Origin: Vicugna vicugna
Lineage: Eukaryota
Length of the DNA stretch: 64,000 bases
Direction of reading: 5' to 3'
Assembly: GCA_013265495.1 (NCBI GenBank)
Contig: MU058213.1
Span: 6,836,066-6,900,065 of the forward strand
Positions 25,530 through 37,083 of the stretch are shown here, in pieces. The notes beneath the pieces are model-generated. The model saw nothing but the letters and a program-made list of their open reading frames with translations, was not told the origin of the DNA and searched no databases. Positions within the stretch are counted from its first letter, which is position 1; each line of letters starts with the position of its first letter. The position numbers and the translations under genes were made by a program.

Positions 25530-25975
25530 ACACATAACAGCTGGTTTTAGAATTACATGAGGACTAAGTAATGGACTTCCTTGACTTGAGAGCATTTCTC
25601 CCTTTGTGGAACTGTCTTTCCTCCATTGCATATTATTCCAGTTGGCTGCTAACCATGCCCGCCCACCTGCCCACATGGTGGGCATATGGCCCAAACTAAG
25701 TCAAACAGATTGTCTCTTCTGTAAATTCGGATTCTGAATGGCAAGAAAAGCACGAGGAAGAAAGAGAGATGACACCGAGTCATCCAATGACCATGCCCAG
25801 GGGCTGCTGAGATCCCTGGGGTTGCCATGGTTCCTTCCCAGAAAGTGTTTTATCAGCTCTTCCATTTTGTGACCTCACGTGGAAAAACCCTACCTGTTCT
25901 TTGTCAGCCAGTTAGTTTTGGAGGCATGAAAGCAAAAGGAACAATCCTGTATTTCAGAGACAGAAGAGCTTATTT
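25530..25975 (+). mobile_element. MaLR LTR (old MLT1K/L group)
   Basis: Contains 'ggtgggcatatggcccaaactaagtcaaacaga' and a terminus-like 'tttgtcagccagttagtttt...gcaaaaggaacaatcctg'. Confidence 0.5.
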
Positions 25976-26094
25976 CTAGTTGGAGCAGTACTGAGGAACA
26001 GTACAGAGAGAGGATGGAGTACACTGGATTCTGATCCGGCTTGCCAAATAACTCGCTGTCTACTAAGTACTGCATGTACAAAGTATGCAGCCCT

Positions 26095-26435
26095 GCAGGA
26101 TACACAACAAACATCCCTGTTTAATAGATGGGGAAACTGAGGCTCAGGAAGGCTCTACTACTTAACCCAAAGCATATTGCTAGCAAGTAGCTAAGCTGAG
26201 ACTTGAATCTAGGACTTCCTGACCCCAAAGACTGTTTCTTCTTGCACACCAAGCAGTACTCCAGCTTGTGGCCTTGGGCAAATCACTTAGCCTCTGTGTA
26301 CTTTGGGTTCCCTAGTAGTAAAGCTTGGATGGTAACAGCTGCCCTGGGTCCCCTGCAGGGCTGTTGTGAGGATCAAAGGGGAGGATGCCTGTGAAAGCAC
26401 TTTGAAGCCTGTCACACTATCCAAATACTTGTAAA
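26095..26435. mobile_element. Two MIR fragments in opposite orientations
   Basis: A minus core 'agatggggaaactgaggctcag' is followed by a plus core 'gtggccttgggcaaatcacttagcctctgtg...gggctgttgtgaggatcaaa'. Confidence 0.8.
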
Positions 26436-28246
26436 GGCTTCCTATTGTCAGGAGGAACTCCAACTAGGATGGGCCTGATAGTGAGAGGTGACAAGGAAGA
26501 GGCTGGGAGAGGGTGTGATTACAGGAACGAGGCCCTGGGGGAGAACTGGGGAAGTCTGGGGAGACAAAGAGCCCAGGAGAGCTTGGGGTCAGCAGGTGCA
26601 GGGCAGCAGAGTTTGATCTGGCAATCCAGAACTCTTAAGACTGCGGCCTGGGGAGCTCGAAGTTTGAAATGGATGGTTTCAAGACCGATTAAAGGAAGTG
26701 GAACTCTGAGATAGTGAGTAAAGGAAAAGTCTTATCTTCAAGAGGCTGAGGTGTTTTCACACGCATCATCTTATCAAATCCTCACTGCAGCCCCAGGAGC
26801 TCTGTGTCATCCCCACTTCTCAACTGAGACTCTGAAGCTCAGCAGAGTTAAGAAATCCGCCTAACGTCAGAGCAGAAAGGACAGGAACAGATTCTAAACC
26901 CTAGCCTTTCCACATAATCTGTAGCTTCCTCTAATTCTCCTACCCACCTCCTCCCTTCTTTCTCTCCTCACCCACAGCTCATTAGCTGGAAAGAAAATGT
27001 AGAGGTCCTATTCTCACTGAATGAATATGCTGTGTGACCTTCGATTAATCACTCAACTTCTCTGAATTTTAGATTCCCTTATTTGTACAGTGATCTGGTT
27101 GAACTCTAAAATACTCCATGAGTTATCTTCCTTGAGTCTATGTTTAAGAAAAACTCTTTGATTTGCATACATCTCTACCCTTGAAGACCCAGCCCCCATG
27201 CTCGAGTGCATCCCAAAGCACAGGTGGTACAGTTTCATGGAGCTGACTGAAACACTCAGACAAAGGAAAATGAGCTTCTGGTAGGTTTTGCAATAGTTGA
27301 AAATCAGCCATAGTATGATACATAGTAAGATCATGGTTTTAATGATCAAATCATACCTTAGTATGGGGTGACCCAACTCTGCTTCCCTAGGAGGAACAAA
27401 AGAAGTCCTGTTCCCAGTCTGATGTTCTCCACCCAGGAGGATACCACCCTTCTAGTTTTACCGTGTGCCCCTTTGCCCTGTTGCCCACTTGACCAAGAGA
27501 CTGGACCACAGTCACCCCAAGAATAACAAAGGTCAAATAGGAATGAACATAATTACCCAGAATTGGAGGTAATTAGCTCACATCCAATAGCAATAGCTCG
27601 TAGTAAGCAACGGCACGGCTGCCCTTGGCAACACTACTGCAGGGAGAGCGACCTCACCCCCGTTCTAAAATCACAGAAACAAAAAGCACTATCACCTTGA
27701 GAGCTTCACGTTAAGCAAGTCCACAAAGTTTCAGCTTAAGAAAATGATCTATCTCACTGAAAGGGTTGTTTTTGGCATTTGGTTTGTAATTTTGTTTCTT
27801 TCACAGAAGATTGTAAACTCTGTGCCAGCAGGACCCTTTTTTGTTCACTAGAGTAGTGCCTGGCCCATAGGAGACAGTAAATATTTCTTGAATAAATTCA
27901 CTCGTACAAACTTGTTAAAACAATTAGAGGTGTGCAAACTTTACAAGGAGGTAGGGAGTTAAGGAAAGCATCCTGTTTGGCCTGCTTAGTGGTATACACC
28001 ATCACAACTGGCAACAGCCACATCAGTGTGACACACACATTGATCGGCTTTGGGTTTAGACAAATAGCTGCCCATCCAGCTCCTTCTCTAACTGTCCAGC
28101 TTTGCACAAATCACTGAATCTCAATGAGCTTGTTTCTTTGTGTAAAATGTAGGTAACACGTAGGACTGTTTTGAGATTGTGTCTTTGAAAGTACCTAACG
28201 AAATGCCTGGCGCCCTAACAATAGGGACTGATTCTCTTGCTGTCCC

Positions 28247-31200
28247 TAGTTGTGCTCCAGGAAGGCAGCCACTAGACACCTGTGGCTACTGAGCACTTGA
28301 ATGCAGCTTCTGCAATAATAAAACCGAAATTTTCATTGCACTGAATTTTCATTAATATAGATTTAAAGGTAAAAACTGAAGCAGTGTAAAAACTTAAGCA
28401 AAACGGTAGGAATACACTTCACTTTCATTATTGCATCGCATAAGATATAGTATTACACAGCAGTGTGTGTATCAGGCACTAGCATCATTTCTAGTACTGC
28501 ACATAAACGTTGTCACTGATCCAGCCAGTGGACATACTGATTCACTCAAGTGTTTTTTTTTGGTCTCTGCACTAAAGAAACATGATAATTTGCTTATTTG
28601 AATATAAAATGCAGACAGCTCAAGTTACAGTGATACCTATGTAACTCATTATTGGTAATTACATTGAAATCCTTATTTTAATTATAATGTAATTAAATTA
28701 TGATATCAGTTTAAAAAAAGTAAGTATGGACAGATTTTTTAATTAAAAATAGACATCCAGTTGCAAAACAAATGGGTCATGGGTGTGAAATGTACAGTGC
28801 AAGGAATATAGTCAATAACTGTGTAATATCTTTCTATGGTGACATATTGTAACCAGACTTATGATAGTGATTAATTTGAAATGTGTAGAAATATCAAATC
28901 ACTATGTTGTGTAACACAAACTAACATAGTGTTGTAGGTCAATTATACTTGAGAAACAAATAAACTCATAGAAAAAGCAATCAGATTTTGGTTACCAGGA
29001 GTAGGGGTGGGGCTGGGGGAAGGGAGAATTGGATAAAGGGAGTCAAAAGATACAAACTTCCAGTTACAGGTAAGTAAGTCCTAGGGGTGTAATGTACAAT
29101 ATGAGAAATACTAATGAACACTGCTGTGTGTTATATATGAATATTGTTAAGAGTAAAGCTTGAGTTCTCATCACCAGAAAAAGAAATTTTTCCATTTCTT
29201 TAATTTAATTTTAGTATGAGATGATGGCTGTTCACTAAACTCGCTGTGATCATCACTTTGCGACATACGTAAATCCAGTCATTATCTGTACACATTAAAT
29301 TAAGTGCTGCATATCAACTATATCTCAATAAAACTGGAAGAAAAAAGAAATAAAATGCAAAATGAAGGCATACTCCTGATGTGGAAGGGATTGGAGGTGC
29401 AGAAGCTAGTACGGTGAGTAGAACACTAAAAAATAGAGGAGCCTGGAAGAAAGTATGTTCCAAATTTCACCACACGTGGCAAGTGCAGTTGGCTGGTACC
29501 GGGCAAAATGAAAAAATCTGTTAGGTAAAAAAATGTTAAGCAGAAAATAAAGTAGGCAATACTGAGAGCCATTTAAAGCAAACAGACAATACATTTGGTG
29601 TTTCCTCTCAACAGCAAAAAAAGAATTGAAGAAATTAGTTATATGAAATCAATTAAATGTCCAACCCAAATTTCTCAAATAATTTTTAACAAGATCTGAG
29701 CTTGTAACTTGGGCCAACTGCAAAGTGACTTGAATTCTTTCATAGAAAAAGAAAATCATTTTTAGATGGAGCAGTGGTAAAAGCAATTGTTTCAGCTATG
29801 CAAATTTTTAGCAAACTGTGAGGAAAAGGCAAAAAAAGTTTTACAAAAAGTGAAAATTTTCAACTAAGTTGCCAAACAAATGCCTATAGAATATGACCTT
29901 CTAACAATGCCAAAGATGAATTGATTCAAAATTTGAAAAATTGCATATACTTTTTTTTTCAGTTTTAAATAAGTTAGATAATGTAAGAGGCATTATGCAG
30001 TCAATACCTTGGACATACTTTTGTTTCAAAGAACTTTCAAATTTACTTAAAATGTTGTCTATTTATGACCTAAAAAAATGAAACTCAAAGTGGAGACAGT
30101 TTTGGATGTTTTACACATGTCAAAGAAGAGTCTCAGCTAGATAAGAAAAAAAGTAGTTTCTATCAAGACAGATAATGGCCCAGCCATGTGAGGTCAAAAA
30201 TTCAGATTTATCAGAATTTTAAAACAAGGGACTAAATGTCTTCCTTTGCTTCATTACAGTAAGAAGGTGATGAAACTGACAATGCATTAAATAACTGTGT
30301 GTTCTTCACCAATACTCATTACTTGAGCTGTAGATGAATTTTATAAAGACATACAGTACTGGTAATTCCAGTTCAATAATTTCTTTTGAAAAAAAGGAAT
30401 GCTTCCCACATTCAACAATTAAAGGAAAAAAAAGGCAGTGTGATTAGTCTTAACTATATCATATTGCATATGAATGATCTAAACTTAAGTTCTAGAGAAA
30501 GCAGAGAGAATTTGTATTAAAATTGAAATTTTTCACACAGCAAATTGATGTTTTTATATCTTTTAAAAAACAAATGAAGATGCCTGTTTTAACTGTAATC
30601 AACAGTGTTAGGTAAATTGACTGCAAAAACTAAGAAAAATGTGATCATCACTTTGTTAATATTGATACATTCAGAACTGCCTTTCAATTTATGCAATACT
30701 CCTTTGATTTCAATGTTAATGATACTGAGTTGATATTAGAGTTAGTGAATTTACTTAACTTGGACAGATAGAGTTTTAAAATTGATAAGCTTTTGCTTCA
30801 AAGTCACATCAATTCTTTGAAGCAAAAAGATGAACCAGTTTTATAAATATGAATGTGAACATTAAAGGAAAACATTTTTTTGGTACTCAGTTCAGTTGTG
30901 GGAAAAATTTTAAGTATGTTTGGGACAACTTGGGTATGTGAATTTCTTAACAGAACATTTTATGAACTCTAGACACAGATCAAGTATCTCTGGTAAAAGT
31001 TTAGCATCTGAATTGAGATGTGTCTGTGTATGAAAAACACACTGGATTTCAAAGACTTACTATGAAAAAAAGAATGAAAACATATCATTAATAATTTTTA
31101 TATTTATCATATGTTGAAAAGATCATAGTTTGGGTATACTGGATTAAACAAACTACACCATTAAAATTCTTTTATTTCCTCTTTACTTATTTTAATGTGG

Positions 31201-31258
31201 CTTTCAAAACAGTGAAATTACATACGTGGCTTGAATTAGATTTAAACCGGTCAGCGGG
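28247..31258 (+). mobile_element. Charlie5 hAT DNA transposon, near full length, with decayed transposase
   Basis: MER3/MER33-type ends ('gcagccactagacacctgtggctactgagcacttgaa'; 'gaattgagatgtg...aatgtggct...catacgtggct'). 30901-30942 translates GKILSMFGTTWVCE, followed by NSRHRSSISGKSLASELR, resembling the hAT dimerisation domain. Confidence 0.85.
28750..29355 (+). mobile_element. L1MA9-type 3' UTR inserted into Charlie5
   Basis: Contains 'aaatgtacagtgcaaggaatatagtcaataac', 'caaaagatacaaacttccagttac' and 'tcaactatatctcaataaaactgg', then an A tail. Confidence 0.88.
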
Positions 31259-31439
31259 AAAGCGCAGGTACAAACACTATGCCACATCCAGGGTTAACCG
31301 TCCCTCAACCAACGGTTCCCAGATTTGTCCTTTATACTGATCTGAGTCTGCAGTTCCCTGTGTAAAATGGACAGGTCCCTTCTCCCCCAGTCTGGCCCTG
31401 TTCCCGTTTCCCCATCTGCTTTTAAAAAATGAGTATACT

Positions 31440-32414
31440 GTAATTCTTTTATTTTCAGATTTTGGTTTTGTTTTCATCAAAATTAGATTTGTACATAACT
31501 TACAGAATCACACAATTTCTCTGAGACTTATTACCAAAAAAATAGCATTCTCCCATACTTCACCCACCTCATCTCTTTCTCAAAAGCAACCACTTGCAAT
31601 TATTTTAGCTGTTTCTTTTGTTGTTCATCTCCATATAGCTAAGTAACATGCTTATATTTCCTACTTCTTCAAGTTTCAGTTTTAGGGATTATCTATAGAA
31701 GATGAGAATTTCGCTCTTACTCACCATCTCCCATTCTTTTACCACACACACGCCACCACCACCACCCCACACATACACACAAGCTCTGTCCCATGGCCCT
31801 GTCAATATTATCACAACATACTTTTGTTTAGGTCAGTACTCAGTGTTTGCATTGCGATGACAATGGTGATGGTATTCATAGCTGAGTCAGGTACATACAG
31901 GATTCTAACCTTTTTCTTTTTTGCACAATTTTTTGTTCTCCCTAAAGCAACGATTTTCTTTTTTGTTTGATTTTCTACGTATTTCTAATTCCCCAGTTTC
32001 TCCCTCACTAGTCTAAATCTGTTCCCTACGTAATCAGACATGTGGGGGTGTTCTACTTTTTCCTTTGCTTGGACTGATCGCTCTTGGCATTTTCTGACCT
32101 GCTACCGTAGACCTGTTTCACACTCTTTTCCTAGGATCGAATTTCATCAACTATTAAAAATGCCTTTGACCTCTCTCTTCCTGGATCCTGTGTCTTTATG
32201 CCCTTATTCCTGTGGAACACACTATCCAATGGCTTCCTGGGAAAACGTGCATGGGACATGATTTTTTTGAGCCCCTGAAGGTTGGAAAATATCCTTGGTT
32301 TACCCTCTTTCTTTATTGATAGTTTGCTTAGGTATAAAAATCTACATGGGAAAATATATTCACTTAAAAATTTGCAGATATTGTTCCACTGTCTTCTAGT
32401 TTCTGGTGGTGCTG
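31440..32414 (-). mobile_element. Old L1M/HAL1-like degraded LINE
   Basis: T-rich decayed LINE text ('gatagtttgcttaggtataaaaatctacatgggaaa', 'gatattgttccactgtcttctag'). Confidence 0.55.
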
Positions 32415-32419
32415 TGATG

Positions 32420-32420
<1 letters not shown>

Positions 32421-32457
<37 letters not shown>

Positions 32458-33195
32458 TTTAGATTCCTCGTATAAGTGATATCATGTGGTATCTGTCTTT
32501 CTCTTTCTGGTTTACTTCACTCAGAATGATGATCTCCAGGTTCATCTTTGTTGCTGCAAAAGGTGTTACTTTATTCTTTTTATGGCTGAGTAGTATATAT
32601 GTACCACATCTTCTCTATCCAGTCATCTGCTGATGGACATTTGGTTGTTCCCATGTCTTGGCTACTGTAAACAGTGCTGCTATGAACACAGTGGTACATG
32701 TGTCTTTTTGAATTTTATTTTTCTCTGGAAATACACCCAGGAGTAGAATTGCTGGATCACATGGCAAGTCTTTTTTCAGTTTTTTAAGGAACCTCCATAC
32801 TGTCCTCCATAGTGGCTGCACTGATCTATACTCCCACCAATAGTGTAGGAGGGTTCCCTTTTCTCCACACCCTCTCCAGCATCTATTGTTTGTAGACTTT
32901 TGAATCATGGCCATTCTGGCCAGTGTGAGGTAATATCTCATTGTAGTTTTCATCTGTATTTCTCTGACAATTAGCAATGCAGACCATTTTTTCATGTGCC
33001 TATAGGCCACTGGTATGTCTTCATTGAAGAATTGCTTTTTTAATTCTTCTGCCCATTTTTGGATTGGGTTGCTTGTTTCTTTGATACTAAGGTGTATGAG
33101 CTGTTTATATATTTGGAAATTAGTCCCTTGTTAGTCACATCATTTGTAAATATTTTTTCCTATTCTGTAGGTTATCTTTTCGTTTTGTTGATGGT
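32421..33195 (-). mobile_element. L1 ORF2 C-terminal fragment with (AAT)n tail
   Basis: ORF 32615-33010 contains TTMRYYLTLARMA and [16 protein letters not shown]. (TTA)n at 32421-32456. Confidence 0.95.
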
Positions 33196-34269
33196 ACAGT
33201 TCCTGTAATTCTTATCAATTCAATTCTACAGAAAGAAACAGCCTTTAAAGTAATTCAGTCAATGTAACTAAACTTGTGTACCTATTTAAAGGGGTTTTGT
33301 TAACAAGGTACTCATCTTCAACAAAATGTCCTGTTTACTGGAGGGATGTACTCCTGTATTTATTTCCTCATGCAACAAATTTATATTTCCTGTCTTCCCT
33401 CTACCCCAGCTTTAAAACAAAAACACAGAACTATCTAAAATTGAGAAGAAACACGTGCATCATCAATATTTTTGTTAAAAAAACAAACAAACAGATAAGC
33501 TTTCTTTCTAAGCAAATGCCAAGCCCTACATGTTTACCAGAGTCCAACACTGGACTGAGTGGCCACTTACACCGGAGTCAAAGGCTGGCAAAACACCACA
33601 GCAGTTCAGGAGGAAAGCCACTGTGGAGGCAGATTTTTGACTTCTCAGCCTCTAACATCACAATTTCTAGGGAGAGAAGACTCCTTAATGACCAGCTAAG
33701 TCCCAAACCTCTCAAGTTCAGGGACCTTTCCACTTACAGAAATCAACACATTCTCCACTGTCCTCCCAAGTCGGGCAGCCTGTATTGATGCATCGGGGGC
33801 TCCTGGGTCATTTACACAAAATGATCTCTGTGACAGTCCACTCTTTCTTAGATGCCCCACCGTCCAGCTCCATGTTAGTCCTGGAGAACCTACATTTCTA
33901 TCCATCTCAGATTCCTGAAACCTTAGAAGTGAGAGTGACAGATCAAGAGCACCAAAGCCCAACGTGTTGCCAGAGACAGGCTTGGTTGGCTCATTTTCCA
34001 AATGAAATTTGGTTCCACTTTAAAAGTCAAGGCAGTCACAGAAATGCCACAGAAACTGAAGATGTAGCTTGTATTATAGAAATCCTTCTTCAAATTTAGA
34101 ATTTGGTCAAGTGCAGCTTAAAAAGCAAAATAGGCCAAGGCACACCAAAGAGCTTACCCATGATTATCTCCCGCCACATGAGTGGTTTTTAACTCAGGCG
34201 ATATGCTACATTCAGTCAAGTCCAAAAGAGAGGTGGCCTGTGTCTTACTGTATTAAGCATAGCATTTTC

Positions 34270-34447
34270 TTTTTCTTTTTTTAAATTGAAGTGTAGTCAG
34301 TTTACAATGTTGTATTAATTTCTGGTGTATAGCATAATAGTTCAGTCATATATATATATATATATATATATATGACTTCACATTCTCCTTCTTTATGGGT
34401 TACTACAAGATACTGAATATAGTTCCCTGCATTATACAGTAAAGTAC
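34270..34447 (-). mobile_element. Short L1 3' end with (TA)n
   Basis: Contains 'aattgaagtgtagtcagtttacaatgttg'. TSD agcattttc at 34261-34269 and 34448-34456. Confidence 0.9.
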
Positions 34448-34939
34448 AGCATTTTCAGTGTGTCCTTCATCTTGGCTTCAGTTCAGCGGGAACCTTCAAT
34501 TACACTTTACATTTTCTCATTCCCAGCTCTGCAGGAAGTTTGGTTTCAACAAACTATATACCACTGCCTCTGTTCCCTCAAAATGCACCTCACAAACCAT
34601 GGCTTCCAAAAAATCTCCCTCATATACTTTCTGAATCTTTTGATAAATCACTTTACATCAATTTCACAAGAGATGCTGAAGGGCTTACTATTCCCCTTTC
34701 TAGAGAATGAATATTGCACCCTTTGCTGGGACTTGATACACATTCAGTGCCTCAGACAGTGGCTACATGTGTTCTGTGAAGCCCTTCTGTGACCTCTCAT
34801 GCCTCACGGCCATCACCAATTCCATTTGGTCCTTTGCCTCTTTCCTTCAACACAGAAACATGGGGATGAATCCTGCCCCTAATGGAGGCAGAATCGGAGA
34901 AACTAAGTTGATTTTTCTCAGGTTTTCTGAGATTCTCTG

Positions 34940-35325
34940 ACGGTTTCTTAGGAGGTTACAGTAAAGATGCAGCCATCTGAAGGCGTGACTGGGGCTGGAG
35001 GACCTATGACTAAAATGGCACACCCAACATCCTAGTCTGGTGCTGGTTGTCAGGAGGAGGCCTCAGTTCTTTGTTACGTGGACCTGTCACATGACTGCTT
35101 GAGCCACGTGACAGGTCAACAATGTGGCAGTTGGTTTACCCCAGAGAGTGTGATCCAAGAAGCAATTCAGAAGCTGAAATATTGTGTATACTTTGATTCA
35201 GAGTCACACTCCATCAATTCTGCATGTCCTATTGGTTACACAGGTCAGCCCTATGCAGTGTCTGGGTTGGGGAATCACATAAGAGGTGAGGAACACTGGA
35301 GCCATCTTAGAGGTTGCCTACCACA
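34940..35325 (-). mobile_element. MaLR LTR (MLT1H-like) fragment
   Basis: Contains 'gcagccatctgaaggcgtgactggggctggagga', 'ctattggttacacaggtcagccct' and 'gccatcttagaggttgcctaccaca'. Confidence 0.75.
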
Positions 35326-36909
35326 AATACATGTACTAAAATTTAAATACTATTATGTGTGCTATTGGTAGCCAGTTTTTCTTCACTTACTAGTTCACTA
35401 TCACTGTTCCACATCAGTTGGTTTGACATCATCATTTTTAGCGGCTGCATAATATTCTGTCATATGGATATACTAAAATTTACTTAATTCCATAATTTTG
35501 AACATTTAATTATTTCTGATCTTTTATTTATCATATCACCAGTACAATGATGAGCATCCCTGTAGATTTATTCAAATACTACCTTGAGAATAAGTTTAAA
35601 GGGAGGAAATGCTGGTATCCAAGGTAATTTGTTCTCCTGTAAATCAGCGCAGAAAAGTGAATGCATATAACTCCCAGATACTTGGTTTCTTTAATTATCA
35701 TTTTATATAAGCTCAAAATGGATTTTTTAAAAATCAGCTTCTCTTAGATGTTTCAAATTAATTTTGGAATGTTAACAAGAATTTAAGGCAGACTAACCCA
35801 CACACACAAAGGCCCTTGGTTTTAGTTTTGGGGTGACACTTATTAAGCAACTTTTTATTAACTATTTACATGGAGATGTTACATCTAATTTGAACTTTTT
35901 TTATTATTATTACAAATGTACATCCAAGAGGTAGATTGTTCCACTGGTTTGGCTCTTTGCTATGACATTCTAATTCCTTACACACTGATTGAGAACATCC
36001 AGGTATACAAATTGATGTTCAAAGAAGCACTCCTTAGGGCTACTGTCAGCTTCTTGTCTCACTGATCAGATAGTAAGACAGTAAGAACTTTGATTTAGAT
36101 AAACTTTGAATTTATTATAGACCTAATGAACTTATTTTCCATCAATTCAGAAAAAAAGTGTACACAAGGTCTCAAAACATCAATCATTAGGTAAATTTTC
36201 AAAGACAGTGTTGTCACATGAGCTCAGACAAGAAGAAATCAAGCCTCTATCAGTCTGTTGCCATGTTTACTCACACATTTAACACTTGCCAAGGGGATCT
36301 GGGTCAATTTAAGAAACTGTAAATAAATATTGATACATCATAACAGACGCTATTACTCACATTCCAAGTAAACCAGAGATTCTAATTTAGTCACAATTTT
36401 GCAGTGGCATCATTCCATGGAGAAAATTAGATTTTTACATATCAGAGCAAATCACAAAGCCAAAATATCAACTTCATACATCAGGCAATTACTTGTGATG
36501 TTTATTTTGGGGGGGGATTTTCTATATATATTTACTTAGAAAGCTGCACGGGTCCTCCAAAATAAATAAGGGCTATAATTCTTGCCAAAAAATCCACAGT
36601 TCCAGAGAGCTACTCATCAATTTCCAGCAGCATTAATGAGGAAAGGCGCTGAGACAGTCATTCATACTGTCTTTATGATCAGAGTAACCTACAGGGCAAA
36701 TCAAGATTAAGCACAAGGACAAGACAAATGGTTTGGAAGACTCTCTCTCTTTTTTTTTATCACTCATTTGAAATCAACATTTACTACCTGAAGTTGGTGA
36801 GGAGCACCAGAACCTTCAGGGAAGAGCGAGAATTGGTACTGAAGATATCACTGAAATATTTTTTTAGGGTAAGAATGGATACAGAAGGATCTCCTGCTCC
36901 CACACACGG

Positions 36910-37083
36910 GGAGGAATATTCTCTTTGAGCTGGAAAGTTCTTTGTGGTGGGAACTGTACAGTGCACTGTAGAATGTTCTGTAGCATTCCAGGCAATCTCT
37001 GGCCAGCTGAGACCATCAACAATCTCTTCAGGAACCGTTAAGAGTTCCATGGAGGGGAAACTGCCTCCAGGTGACAAACACTG
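36910..37083. mobile_element. MER20-like DNA transposon fragment
   Basis: Contains 'gttctttgtggtgggaactgtacagtgcactgtagaatgttctgtagcattcc' and 'actgcctccaggtgacaaacactg'. Confidence 0.6.

Noticed and set aside
33276..33788. 170-aa ORF
   Set aside because: Non-ATG start, no recognisable homology or codon pattern, so likely a chance ORF.
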